Assembly: GCA_044892525.1 (NCBI GenBank)
Contig: CM097885.1
Span: forward strand, 236,780,001 to 236,844,000
Direction of reading: 5' to 3'
DNA length: 64,000 nucleotides
DNA from: Schmidtea polychroa
Taxonomy: Eukaryota
A program made the translations under genes and the position numbers. Of the stretch, positions 1 to 13,658 are shown one piece after another (position 1 is the stretch's first letter; each line of letters opens with the position of its first letter). Under the pieces are notes generated by a model that saw nothing but the letters and a program-made list of their open reading frames with translations, ran no database searches and was not told where the DNA came from.

Positions 1-3000
1 CGACGCCACTATAGAATATACAATTTTCAATGGGAGCAGATTACAAGCATACATATTTCAAGGCATCTGGATTATGTTGCTCCATACAACGTTACATTTT
101 CCTGTTTCAATTGAAGGTTGATAAAAAATTATCAAAGCGAATTCTAATTGAAACCGTTTGGTATCAATAGGAAAAATTAAAGTTTATTTACCATATCGTA
201 TTAACATTAACTAATAATGGCCAAACTGGATCCAAGACTATTAAAATATTTTTAATTGCCAATAAAATATTTATTTGCCTGGAAATACATCTTATCGACA
301 ACGAGTCTTCTGGCAATATTGTTTATGACTTTCTTTGTCGATGGATTTGACTGACCAATCTCGGGAGAATTCAGGGTGTAATTTTTATTCATTCGTTTGA
401 TTACATTATTTCAGGAATTATTCCTCAGTTTTTTTTATTATTGATACAATTTATTAATATATAATATACATATTTGTTTTGTCACTGTATAAATATCATT
501 GTATATTCTGTTAAAAATGTCAATGGGAAAATATTTCTTGAAAATTTCTTTTATTTGAATAAATTTTTTTAAATTGACAGTTAGAATTTTTCGATATTAT
601 TTAATGAATATAAAATTTTATATTCAACTTTCTTCTTAAATGTAACGTTGTTATAAAATTTAACTGAATATAACAATTATAATTGTCAGTTTTTCTTTTA
701 ATAATTTCTTAAAATTTTAGAAACTTTCATTTAAATTTAAAATGTTTTAACTAGCAATTTATGACAAATAAAATACAGAATTAATTTGCTAATATTTATA
801 TGTGTTCACCAAAAAAATTATTTTTATACGATTAAGAATTTAAAACAAAGAATTTATTAGATTTTATCAATATTCAAAGCCGTTTCTGTGTAGATGCGCC
901 ATGATCCCAAATTAGTAAGAAATAAATTAAATTTTAGCTTTTATAAAACAATAACTACAGTAAATTGTAAGTGTAGCAATGTTCTCCCTAAGATATGAAG
1001 GTTTGTCAACACTAAGTGGGATGTACTAAGCAAGCTTAAAAATAATCTCTTCGAAGTTTGACATTCATTTTATAACGTATCTAACCATTTTAAGTTTTTC
1101 GAAATAAGTTTCTTGTTGATAGATTGCCTAAGGAAATCACTGATTCTGAACTCCTAAATTTTCGATAGAAATCATTAGGAAATTTTAATACGTTTAAAAT
1201 ACTTGAGAAATAAAAAATCAATTGTTAAAAATATTTAGATTTTTCCTCATTTATTGTATAAATTTACATGTAATGGGTACAATTCACATACAATTGAGGG
1301 ATTCCTCGTCAGCTCTGCAGATGAATTTAAGAACATCACTTATTGACATCTTAAAATAATATTATTGAGCATCGAAAAATTTGTAAAGAAACAACATATT
1401 TCAATAATTTTCCAATTGAGTAGCAAAAATGCATCAATATATTTACTGATTTATAGTCAAGCTTGTTAATAAATACAATGTCAATTGAAAATAAATCAGT
1501 GGTGAAATTTGGAAAAAGTTCTTATAAAACTTTAATAATTATTATATGAGACAATTATGATTAAATTACATTCCCTACAATTAATATTCAATCACCAATG
1601 AATTTATTAAGATTATTTAATTCAGTAAATCATAACTATTGCACTATTAATGTTTTCCATATATACTATTCGATACTAATTAATTTCTTTTAAATATATT
1701 TCTATTATTTAGCGTTTTAGTTGATTTAATAAATTAAATGGATAATTAAAATTATTGCAAATTAAATTAAGTTGTAAAATTAGTTGTAAAAAACAACTTT
1801 TCAAATAACCTTCAAACCCATACCACGAAATTAATATTGTATTGCAGTTAAATAGCAATATTCCTTAAATGTATTTTTTCATACTCTAATAAAAAGAATT
1901 AAATCTTATCAGGTTGTTATCCTACTTACCGAAACACAATCTACAGAAGACTCCAAAATCAGCTTGATGTTTTGTAAGGTTTGTTGTCCCATTATCTCGT
2001 CTTGAGAAAGAGGTTAGAAAATCTTATTTCGAGGAATTTCACACTAATCTAGCACCTCTTTTCAACAAAGTCTGATTTATACACTAAAGACTGTTGTTAA
2101 TATGCACTTTTTAAAAATTAATATTTAATAAAAACAATTTCACCTTTGTTAATGATAGTTTGTTTTATTCTACATAGACTGACTAATTTTGAAATATCAC
2201 GTTATTTTATATAAATCAGTCAAAAAAAATTAACTCATTAATAAACATATTTATGTCGGATTTTACGATATGGTTAAATGAAAATGAAAAGAAATATTTA
2301 AAATTTGAAAAATATTAAAAATAATAATTTCGTTTAGAATTTATTTATCATTTCAATGATTTTTCCCAAATTAATACAAATTTTCAGTAATGATTTTTTT
2401 CAATGTTATTATTATCATTTAAAAAATAATCCCGAAAATTTATATTAAATAAGAAAAAAATAGTAAAAATTGAAATGAAGAAAATTGAAAATATAAATGA
2501 CAAAAAGAAAGATGAAAAAAATAAATAATTTTTGTTGAAAGAAAAGTTCTTTTAAAACTTAAATTTCTAATGATTTCATGCATTTATATTAGAGAGATCG
2601 ATGTGTTTTTGTACATTGCAAATGATTTTAAAAAATTTTTCAATTAATTTTCATTGAAACAAATCTATTATTAGGAACGTGATTCATAAATGTTCGGGCA
2701 ATAGGAAATGTTTCCAAATAACCTAACATTTTAATGATATGAACACTCGAATTGATAACATCAGAGTCAGATTACAGGTAATAAAACCGATTTACGCTTC
2801 AGTGATTTCTTTGAATTATTCGCTGAGTTTGAAATTATTTCTTCTATTGAAAAATATGTAAAAAACACTCAAATCTTCTCAAATTTCAAATGGACCGCAA
2901 AAGATGACTGATGATGACATTTTCCTTTTATTAAGATTGGTGCCTTGATAAATATGTGAAAATATGAGATTTAGGTCGTATTATATTTGGTTAATATTAA

Positions 3001-4179
3001 ATATTTTTTTACTCTTGAGACTAATCCTGGATTCACAAAGTTTACTATGAAAATGGAATTTGTCACAAAATTAATTACAATTATATTTTTATATAGTTAT
3101 TTCATTTAAAATAACTTTAAAATAATATCTTCTTAATTTGTATTGATTTAAACAAATTTTATATTTTATTTAGATGGTTTTCTATTACTTTTAATAATTT
3201 ATATTTTGTTAATATTTTGATAATTTGTATTTTTAATTTTTTTTATTATAACAAATTCGACAAATTCAAGAAATATCGGAGAAAATAATGCCAGTAAAAT
3301 TCACGAGCAATTTAAAAAAGGGAAAATACTTTTGATCTTATCGAAAAAGGAAATTCTTTGACAAAGGATATTTATCAAATTTTTTTATTATAGTAAAAAA
3401 ATGATGAAAAAACAGATGAAAGGTGAACAAAAAAATAAGGGATATTTGATCTGAAATATTGAAAGTCAGTGACAAAAATAATTAAAGAAGGTTACGATTA
3501 GTCTAAGTAAAAGGTGAATTTTTACAATAAACAATAATTATGTTATTGTATATATTAAATAAAATTAATCAAAATATATATGAATAAAGAATTTCGTTTA
3601 TCTTTATTTAGTTTTCAACTATAAATCATTTTTTTTAAATTAACACAAATTAAATTAACACAATAGTTACTTAAGTGTTTTGATAAATCATTACTATACT
3701 TATTTTCATTTTACAAACTTTTTTATGTTCAAAAATATTATTCATTCACTAAATTGGTACTGTCCTTGAACTTGAGTAAAAAGAGGATGGACTGTCTTCA
3801 TAGTGTATGTAGCATTACACTCATTACTTGAGAATTGATAAACAAGATCAAAATACAAATCCATTGATGTACGAAATTTATTAACAATCATACTATTGAT
3901 TTTACTCATTGCTTATTTGTGCTAGTAGACAAGAAATAAAGCATTAAAAATAAAATTCAGTCCATTCAATATATGTACCCACTCTACGGTTTTTGTAGAC
4001 ATTTTATATTATAAACTACTTCATATTTTTTCCTGGTTTGTTCGTTATATCATTCACCTTCCTATTTCTGCTGACTTAATGTTTCGAGCAATTCTATTGT
4101 CCCATTTTTGTTTGGTTCCCGCATCGCAAAATTCTATCCATTTTCCATCATTCTGACTCCACAGTCTCCAGAGGTAAAT

Positions 4180-5750
4180 AATTTAATCATAATCTTATTG
4201 TACTTTTATTTAGATTCATTAAAATGGGTTTGTTCACAGATATAAGTTGAGCAGGAGGTTGCTAAATATTATTCAATGCTTATAAAAACTGCACAAGTTT
4301 TCTTGCTTTTTGTGATATTTTTTCATGTAATAATTCAACACATTGTAAATTTATGTTTTCTAATTGTATATCAACAGAAATGTCATCTCTATTTAAAGAA
4401 AGTCGATAATATTTTATTAATATTCTTGAGACAATTAAATGGGTGCTCTAAATCTGTAATTAGTACAAGGATATTGAATTAAATTTTTGAATTCTTTTTT
4501 TCTGGAAATATTTAAAGATACGGTCTGTAACTTTGGAAAATGATTAAATTTTCATTCAAAAAATTTCTAGAAACAAAACTAAACTTCATTTGGAAATATT
4601 TTAAGTTTGTTTTAAATCGTGAGCAAATACCATTTTCATTGTAAATATAAGTTAAATTCGGTAAAACGTGTCAAAATATCCAAAGAGAAGGCTAGATCAC
4701 AAATCCAATTTGGTCTTGAAAATTCAGAAAAATCTTCATTCTCTTTAAAATTATTTGAAAATATTTTATTTCCTCTTGAAGATCCTAAGGACGTTTTTAA
4801 ACATTTCCCAAGATTAAACAGCCAATTTTATTATGATATAGTACAAACCAAATAACTGATATTTAGTAATTTTAAGAAGTGCAAGAAATTGTCTGTGTTT
4901 TAGTCTTTCAAATCAAAAAAAAAAGAAACATGATCAATTTTTTAAAAAAATTTTTTTTTCATAATGCATTTTGCTGAAAAATTCAGTGTAAGAGCACAAT
5001 TTTATGATTTAGATCAATTTCAGAAATTTTGGTCTTAATTTGTTTGATGCAACCAATATTTTTACAATCATATGTGGTGGTTCATCGGTTGTTACATTCA
5101 CTAATTTTATCTTGCCAATATTGTATCTCAATATACATTTTTAACCTCTCGGAAAAGGTATTCTCTCTTTATAGTGTCTTTTATTAGAATAACTGACAAA
5201 ATTTCTTTCGAAATTTGAAAATTTTGAATAATAGCTCTGATAAGAATTAACAACTGAGCAGTATCCTTTTACATTAAAACTTTTATCAAGAGATATTGCA
5301 TAAAACGGACATTTACTAATTAAACCTATTATTTAAATTCGTATTCATATCTTCTATTCTCTGGATATTAGTTTTCAGTGACAGACCAATATTTTCAAAT
5401 TTATGTTTAGCTTCTGGACATATCACACTAAAAGCGTCCAACTTGTACTTTTTTACAAATTCTACTTCAGCAAAAGATTTTTAACATTGAGGATTTCTTA
5501 TTGGTATTAGGATTTTCGTAATGTATTTTGCATTTTTGCTTTTAACCTTTTGATGTTGGGTCAATTTCATTACGATGGCATTTTTTACGGCTTCCTTCAT
5601 TTATATTTTGTCCGTAACCTACATGTATTGTTTCAAAATGTCTTCTCAAGTTGTACTTTTATAAAGCAAACACTCTCATAAGGTACAATGTACATAATAC
5701 AAACCGCTTTATTCTTGTACATTGTGAAAGAATATCTCCATTTCTATTCA
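4180..5750 (-). pseudogene. Degraded hAT transposase, GTF2IRD2/SPIN/Buster-like
   Basis: Manual translation across stops and frameshifts gives ordered motifs KNKAVCIM, KYNLRRHFE, ICPEAKHKFENIGLS, AISLDKS..KDTAQLLILIRA, KLVNVTTD, WICDLAFSLDILT and STYICEQT..LMNLNKS. Boundaries approximate. Confidence 0.8.
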
Positions 5751-5870
5751 ATATTAAATATAAGGGATTCAAGATCAAGAGATCACAATCAATCGAAACC
5801 ATAATTAATTTGTATCGTGAATTTGAATGATATTGTATCGAAAATAAAAAATTTTTTCTTTTTACAATCC

Positions 5871-6360
5871 ACCAGGACACATTTTTAGTTATCAGCAACT
5901 AAACTACAACTATGAAAAAAACAAAAATAACAAATCGATGGTCGTTGGTGCTCACTGTAAAACATTGCCTAAATGTGTGGTTTACATATTTTTGGTCATT
6001 TTTTTCTAAAAATTTCTGCAAATGATTTATTATAGTGTGTTTATTCTTACAACGATTCTATGTATCGAAATTTTGATTGCATTTTTTACACCCGTTTGCA
6101 CTGAATAAATGTACATAAAACCAGGACACATTTTTAGTTATCAGCAACTAAACTACAACTATGAAAAAAACAAAAATAACAAATCGATGGTCGTTGGTGC
6201 TCACTGTAAAACATTGCCTAAATGTGTGGTTTACATATTTTTGGTCATTTTTTTCTAAAAATTTCTGCAAATGATTTATTATAGTGTGTTTATTCTTACA
6301 ACGATTCTATGTATCGAAATTTTGATTGCATTTTTTACACCCGTTTGCACTGAATAAATG
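5871..6360 (+). repeat. Identical 241-bp direct duplication (5871-6111 and 6120-6360)
   Basis: Copies read identical, period 249 bp, 8-bp spacer; each ends with the first ~23 bp of the TIR of the element at 6338. Confidence 0.95.
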
Positions 6361-7126
6361 CATCTATAATATGGGTTGGTATGTACAACTAATTATAGAT
6401 GCGTCATTCTTTATGATGAAATTTCAACTACTTATTTAGCTATTTTATTTAGCTATTTTAACTATTTGTATTTAGCCATTTTAGAAATGGCTTTCAAGTA
6501 ATTTTTTTTTAATTAAAGTAAACTTTAAGGCTTAAATATTGATCCATATAGATATGAGATCATTATTCAAGCTCTTAAATAATACTTTTTTATCAACATT
6601 TTTTATTATAAATTATTTTTAATTAATTTTTCAGGGGTTTTAGATGTTATTATTATTATTTGGAATTATTTCAATATAATGTGAGTTTTATTACTATTTT
6701 ATTAAGTAATTAAGTAACAAATACAATTTACTAAATTTTTTATATTTATAATTTAGAGATTTGATTGATTCTTTGCGAATTCCTAATAATCGCCCGAAAT
6801 TATAAAATCTATAGAAATATTAATTTTTAAATTTAGGTTAATCAAATTTACGATTTTCTAGTTTTTAAGATAAATCTTACGAAATAATGTCTTCATTATC
6901 TATAGAACTCAAAGTTGAGTTTTCGTAATTTTTGTTAAGAATTTTTTCATTCATTTTATTCTAAAAAATTCTACAAATGTCTGTAAATGATTTATTATAG
7001 TGCGTTTATTCATTACAACGATTCTACATATCGAAAATTTGCATGCATATTTTAGTATGTGTTGTGTTTGTGTGTGTCAGTTTATTTTTTCTACCACTTT
7101 CTCACTTTCTATATTAAATGCATTTA

Positions 7127-8081
7127 CACCCGTTTGCGAAATATAACATTATCTATAATCTAAAGAAATCAATAAATATATATTATAGGAACACACAAAC
7201 TTACCTGTGTGTAGAAATTTAATGCTGCGAAATTTAACATATTTATTATAGGAATCTAAAAAGTGAGAGAAAATAATTAAGCATACAAACACAGCACACA
7301 TAATGAAAAATACATACAAAATTATGTAAAGTGTTTTTTTTGCGAAATTAACATTGATTAACATATAATTAACATATTAATATTTTCAAATTATTTAAAA
7401 AGTTATGCACAAAAAAACTTTTAAATCAGATTCCGACTGCTCTACCCTGAGCTATAGAGAAAAAGAAGGAAATACATCATAAGATTTAATTATAAAATAA
7501 TTTAGAATATAAAATTTCTTTAGATTTACAGATATTGCAGAAGATCCTTCGACATCTTTGAATTTGCAGGGAAAAAACCGCAAATCGTAAATTTTAATAA
7601 ATTATTTTAACAAATTAATATTTTCATAGAATTACAGAAAAAGACAAAATTCGAAAGAAGATTACAAAAACTTAAAAAACTATTTTATCCATTCTTTACT
7701 AAATGTCTTAAAAAAATAAATGTTTTGTGAATACTTTATTTATTTATAAATATAAAAATATCTAACTTACATTTTTACGAAATAAATCCAAATAAAATAT
7801 CATAAAATTCTTAAAAAAACACCTGAAATTTAATTATCAATGTTATATTATAAATGATGACTAACAGTAATATTTAAGAACTTGAATAGTGATCTCATAA
7901 TTATATAAAATCAAAATTCAAGTCCTAAAAATTACTTTAATTCAAAAACTTACCTTAAAACGATTTTTGAAAAATAGAATAAATGAAATTAAGTTAACAT
8001 TATCATATAATTTTTGACTCACCTCAGCTGGTGTGCACACCAACGTATATTATAGACAATGTTAACTTTCACAAACGGGTG
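7127..8081 (+). mobile_element. Non-autonomous TA-flanked TIR element (copy A, 955 bp)
   Basis: ~32-bp imperfect TIRs starting CACCCGTTTG; TA at 7125-7126 and 8082-8083; subterminal palindrome TGGTGTGCACACCA. Confidence 0.85.
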
Positions 8082-8083
8082 TA

Positions 8084-9013
8084 CACCTAATTCCGAAATT
8101 TAATAACTTCTATAATCTAAAAAAAATCAATAAATATATATTATAGGAACACACAAACTTACCTGTGTGTAGAAATTTATTGTTCCGAAATTTAGTAACT
8201 TTATTATAGGTTTTGTGAAGGTGAGAGAAAAATAACTGAACACACCAACACAAAACACATAATGAAAAATTCATGCAAATTTCTTATAAAGGTTTTTGTT
8301 CCGAAATAAATAACTGTTAACATATTGTTAACATATTGTTAAAATATAATTATTTTAAAATTATTAAAAAATGCAAGAAAATACTTTTAATTTAGATTCC
8401 GACAGCTCTACCTTGAGCTTTAGGGGAAAAGAAAATACAATGTAAGTTTTATTCATTAAATTACAAAATATTAAAATATTTTATAGTATGTGTGAATGCA
8501 GCATTTCAAATAATGATCTTTTGATTTACAGAAAGAAAAAGCCATCGAAAATGAGCTGCAGAAAGAAGATTATAAAAATTTAAAAAACTATTTCTTTCAT
8601 GTACGCCGATCTTTTCCTAAATTTCTTAAAAAAATAAATGTGTTTGGTGATTACTTTATTTATTTATAAATATAAAAATATCTAACTTACATTTTAGCGA
8701 AATAATTCCATATTAATGCATAAAATATCATAAATTTCCTAAAAAACACCTGAAATTTAATTATTAATATATTATATTATAAATGATGACTAACAAAAAT
8801 ATTTAAAAACTTGAATAATGATCTCATAATTATATAAAATCAAAATTCAAGTCTTAAAATATACTTGAAATTAAAAAAATTACCTGAAAACCATTTTTAA
8901 TAAATTGAATAAATGAAATTGAATAACTTCATTATCACGTAAATGGTGACTCACCTCAACTGGTGTGCACACCAACGTGAATTATAGAAGTTATTAAATT
9001 TCGGAATTGGGTG
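8084..9013 (+). mobile_element. Non-autonomous TA-flanked TIR element (copy B, 930 bp)
   Basis: TIRs CACC(T/C)AATTCCGAAATTTAATAACTTCTATAA with 1 mismatch; TA flanks; interior colinear with copy A. Confidence 0.88.
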
Positions 9014-9751
9014 TATTCATTGCAAAACTAAAAATCAACACATAGGTAAGTTTGTATATTTATATAATATACAACTATTGATTTTTTTACATTATAGATG
9101 CGTTAATTCATTGGAAACGGGTGTATCACATCGCCACTAAACGTCAAACAGTTTATATCAAGTAAAGACGAATATAAAAGTTGTAAATGAAATTTCTTTT
9201 AAAAATTAAGAAGTAGTATTGCGAATCCAAACGATCAATTATTGAAATAGCAAATAGTAAAATCGGTATTTTATTCTAAAGATTTTTTTAAATTATTTTA
9301 TTTTCAAATTAATATATTTATTCATTTCTCTTCCAATGAAATTTCTGTTAAACACAGCCAAAATTCTCATGACGAGGTTTCAAAATTGCAATAGTTTCCT
9401 ATAACACTTTCTATATATTACGACTTATAGATAATCAAGTTATAGGAAAGTTTATTGTGAACAATTTGTAAAAAAATGGATGATTTTTATAAGTGATTTC
9501 TTATTTTAAGATACAAGCTGAGTCCTAAAAGATCTATGCTCGCATATGCGTTCATATAGATAAATTGTAAGTTAATAAGTGATAAATATATTTGCACTTG
9601 TTTAATCTTAAGTGTTTTTGTAGCAAATAATAATAATACAAAACAATTTTACTGATAACACAAAATGCGCATTCCACTTTCAAAAAAAAGGTTATAGATA
9701 ATAAACAACAAAAATGGAAGATTTCACTCCAAAATACTTGCATATTAAGAC

Positions 9752-10150
9752 CAGGGCCGTACCTGACTAGCGTTAATTGCGTTTGAAGCACGCAGACGGC
9801 CTAATTTAAATGGTCATCAGCATCATATTCCTTTTTGGGCAAATTTAAAATAATAAAAAAACAAATGTCACTATTTAAGGTTTTTAAAAATATATAAAAA
9901 AATATTTTTATATTTTTATAAATAATTTTGGTCAGCAAAATAAAATTTGAATAAATGTCAATATTTCTCTTACATTAATTTAACTCAATCCCTATTTATA
10001 TATTTAAACATTTTATTAAAAGATCTAAAAATGTCTTAGAGAAAAACGAAATGATTGTCTGGAGCACAAAATAAAAGAAAACGAGGAGAAAAACAAAATG
10101 AAGCTAAGAAAATGTTTGGTTCATTAACAAAGTTTTTGGAAAAATCATTA
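9752..10150 (+). mobile_element. hAT element 5' end remnant
   Basis: CAGGGCCGTACC terminus-like start, then degraded N-terminal peptide LSGAQNKRKRGEKQNEAKKMFGSLTKFL typical of ZMYM1-like hAT transposases. Confidence 0.55.
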
Positions 10151-10627
10151 AAAATGAAAAATATAATATTAAAATATTTTAAAATTTATATATTTTAATT
10201 TATACCCAAAGTAATTTAATATTAAATTGAAAAATCAAAGTTATTTAATACACGAATTTAATCATTTAATACGTTTTAAAACAGAAACAATTCAAATGCT
10301 CTCAATTTAACATCATAACTATTTCTAAACATTAAAAAAAACAAGTGTTAGAATTCAACAATTTTATAAGCAGCACTTCATATATAGCACGTTATTATTA
10401 TTAAAATTAATTATTAATTATTAAAATTAATCAATAATATAAATAAAAATTTAAAATAAAAATAAATAGTTAATAATTAAAATTTGTAATAACATTTTAA
10501 ACTCAGACATACCTATTTTGCTGATACAACTCCTATAATGCTCTCTTATAGTTTTTTTTAACTTATCATTCGTATTAATACTAATTCAAAAAAATTTCAA
10601 GCCGTAAATTGCAGCAGTCGATAGTAG

Positions 10628-11240
10628 CATGGGCGTCCACAGAAATTTTTCCAAGGCGGGGGGGGGGGCAAAAAAAAACAAAGTAGAGAACTTCTACATA
10701 TTTATGTAATACTTAAACAAACAACAATTAGTATCATTTAAATTCTTGTTATACTCATTTGCGAAAAAAATTGTTACTATATATAATCAGATTAATAATA
10801 GTATATTGATGGTTTCAATTAAAGTCATTTTTATCGTTGAAACATTAATGTGATTTTAGGAATAAACAGAATCAAAACACGTAAAAATAGTTCTTTGTTG
10901 TATATTTTCTATAAATCTTTATTCAATTATAAAACAAAATTACAGACTTATTCATAAATATTACTTTTTGAAAAGAAACTGCAAACATTTGTGATCTTGA
11001 CCAAATTTATTGATCCCTTTGTCCATTACTTTTCGTTTTTTTACTGTCATTGATTCTGTCACAATGAACACTCATCATGCAAAGTCTAGAAAGTCTTTTT
11101 TCACACATTATTGACCTTAGCCACGTTTTGACTCTTCTCAGTGTGCTAATTGATTTTTGAACAGTGCAAGCTGATACTGGCAATGTTAAAGCAATAAGAA
11201 CTGCTTTTTTAATATCTCGGAAAAGGTCAGTGTGTATCAT
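10628..11240 (-). mobile_element. hAT fragment (C-terminal dimerization domain plus one terminus)
   Basis: ORF 11007-11261 LIALTLPVSACTVQKSISTLRRVKTWLRS; terminus CATGGGCGTCC at 10628; ~450 bp shared with the copy at 39697-40342. Confidence 0.85.
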
Positions 11241-12434
11241 GGTAGTTGCTAACAAGTTCAATGGTGTTTTGCAAAAAATTAAATTATTAGCTTAAACAAA
11301 CAAATAAAATTATAGTTTTTATGTACAAACAAGTGTAAAAATAAAAATATAATTTGTATTTAAAATAGGTCATTCAATTCAAATTTTGAAAGCTATTTTT
11401 ATATTCAATTTTTTTCAATTTCGTTTATTTGGAGCGTAATATGCGCACCACTGGTATAAGAGACATTCAATCGCAAAATCTGGCGGCATACCACAAATCT
11501 TATATTGAAAATGACGACTGTAGATCAATTCTTCTAAAAGACTGTGAAGGATATTCGTGTAAAATAAAAATATTGATCTGTTGTCTGAAATGAAAGAAAT
11601 GGAAATTGATAATGATAATAATAAAGCAGTTGTAAAAAGGATAAAGGAATTTAATTTTGCAAATTTTACCATTTCCAATAATATTAAATAAAATTCAATA
11701 TGGATACATTTTATCTATAAATAGGTTTTACAGCAGTAAAATTAATTTAAAATAAAACAGTTTTAAAACTCAAATTTTATCACAAAGATATCGTTAAATA
11801 AATAAACTTCTTTCATTTTTCAATAGAGTCATTAATAATTTATTCGGCGTGATAAGAATTTTATAATTAAATCCGAGATTTTTAAATAAATAGTGACCTA
11901 TTTGATATGGTATTTTGGATCTTGAAGTTTTAATAAATTTAAAATGTTGGTTTTTTAATTTTATGTCCTCGAATTAGAATCTTGTGAATATGTTCCCCAG
12001 TCTTCCTTTCATTATCAGTCAAGTTTTAGTTGTTTAATACTATATCTAAAATATCATAATTATGATATTATTTGGGATTTTTCAAAATTACTAAAACCAG
12101 CATTATAAAGAATATTTTAAATATTTTAAATTATAAATTTGGTAGAAATCAATAATAGTAATTTCTAATCAATAAATATAATTCATGATTCAATGAGAAT
12201 TAGAACTCGTCATTTGAAAATCAAACACAAAAATATAAAATTCTCATCTATTAGTATGACCTTTGCATTTAATAACGTTCAAATTTCCTTCAATAATGTT
12301 AATATTTCAACTAATAGTGATTTTTCATTCATCATTTATTTATAATTATAGTTTAGATGAATTTTAATACATATAGATTGCAACAAAAGTAGAAACAGAT
12401 AAACGAGGAGAATAAGTAAAACATTTATTAAAAA

Positions 12435-13587
12435 TCATATCATGGTCTGGTAGAGCTTGGTCTGTAGTAACTTCCGAAACTGATAAATTGCTTTATTGAG
12501 GGTATCGACTAAAACGAAGAAAAAAAGAGTCAACTCTTTAATTTAAAATCTTGAAAAGTATTTCTTACAGTATCTGCCTGAAGATATTAACCATCGATAG
12601 AAGGTAAAAGACGAATCAGTTAAATCAAAAACGAATAGGGCTCCAATAATAACTGACTGGGTAATTCATAAAAGGAAAGATGAAATTTATATCGTAAAAT
12701 AAATGTCGAACTAGTTTAGATTATTCTAGCATATTTTAGTATTTTATAACCAATCCACTTTGCATCTTCACAGTACACAGAATTATGAACACGCAAAAAT
12801 CCGGTGCCCTCACATTCATAGTGAAATGGACTTACTGTAATTGTCTAAAGGTAAAATTTAAACATGAAAAAAGTCGTCATTTTGACATATAGTTAGTTAA
12901 TTACAATTCTGTAAATTTATAGGGGCCGGCAAAAAAACTTCGTTTTTATCAGATATATAAGAAAATATCAGAAAAATCAAACAATGAGTGATTGCATGAA
13001 TTGGAATATGTCTACAAGATATTTGCTGTAATTTTTTAAAATTTCTTTTTGAAAATCTATTTATCTATTTATTTGTTAAAAATTCAAACTAAGATATTTA
13101 TGCTTTTTCATGTTCTCAAAATTATTTTTGACTTCCTGAAAAATATATATAAAATGAGTAAAAGTTCTACGAGCCCTTTATACCAAAAATTAGTCATTCA
13201 ATCTTCAGAATTGTTTGTTTTGGAAATATGTATTCTTTGGAAATTAAAAAAAAAGTGAATGAGTTTTTGTTTTTATAACACACGTTTCAAATTATATTTG
13301 CTAACTTTCGAAAATTCCCTTTCACTTCTTGAAACATTAGAGAAATCAACAGTTTTAAGTTGAACTGAGATTTTTTTGGGCCTAACATTCAAATGTTTTT
13401 AGTTTATTTATATTTTATCAAATTTTCATTTAGTGGAAATTTTTAAATTTTAAAGAATTAATTATTTTTTGATACCAAAATCGAAATTCTAATTATTTTT
13501 ATAATTTTTTAGAAATACTTTTAAACAATAATGGAAATTATAAATTTTAATAATATTTACTATAAATTTTATTTTAACAATTATATG

Positions 13588-13658
<71 letters not shown>

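Larger units (their letters stand above)
6338..9123 (-). mobile_element. Non-autonomous TA-flanked TIR element (copy C, ~0.9 kb native), interrupted by copies A and B
   Basis: TIRs CACCCGTTTGCACTGAATAAATGCATCTATAAT / rc CACCCGTTTCCAATGAATTAACGCATCTATAAT, TA on both sides. Interior is the reverse complement of the A/B interior. Confidence 0.8.

Noticed and set aside
1..2200. Exon-like patches (e.g. - strand MGQQTLQNIKLILESSVDCVS|GTAAGT near 1930-1992, and 1-400)
   Set aside because: Could not be assembled into a phase-consistent model; truncated by the window edge.
4065..4110. Hammerhead-like GCTCGAAACATTAAGTC on the - strand
   Set aside because: No CTGANGA box upstream; at most a decayed relic.
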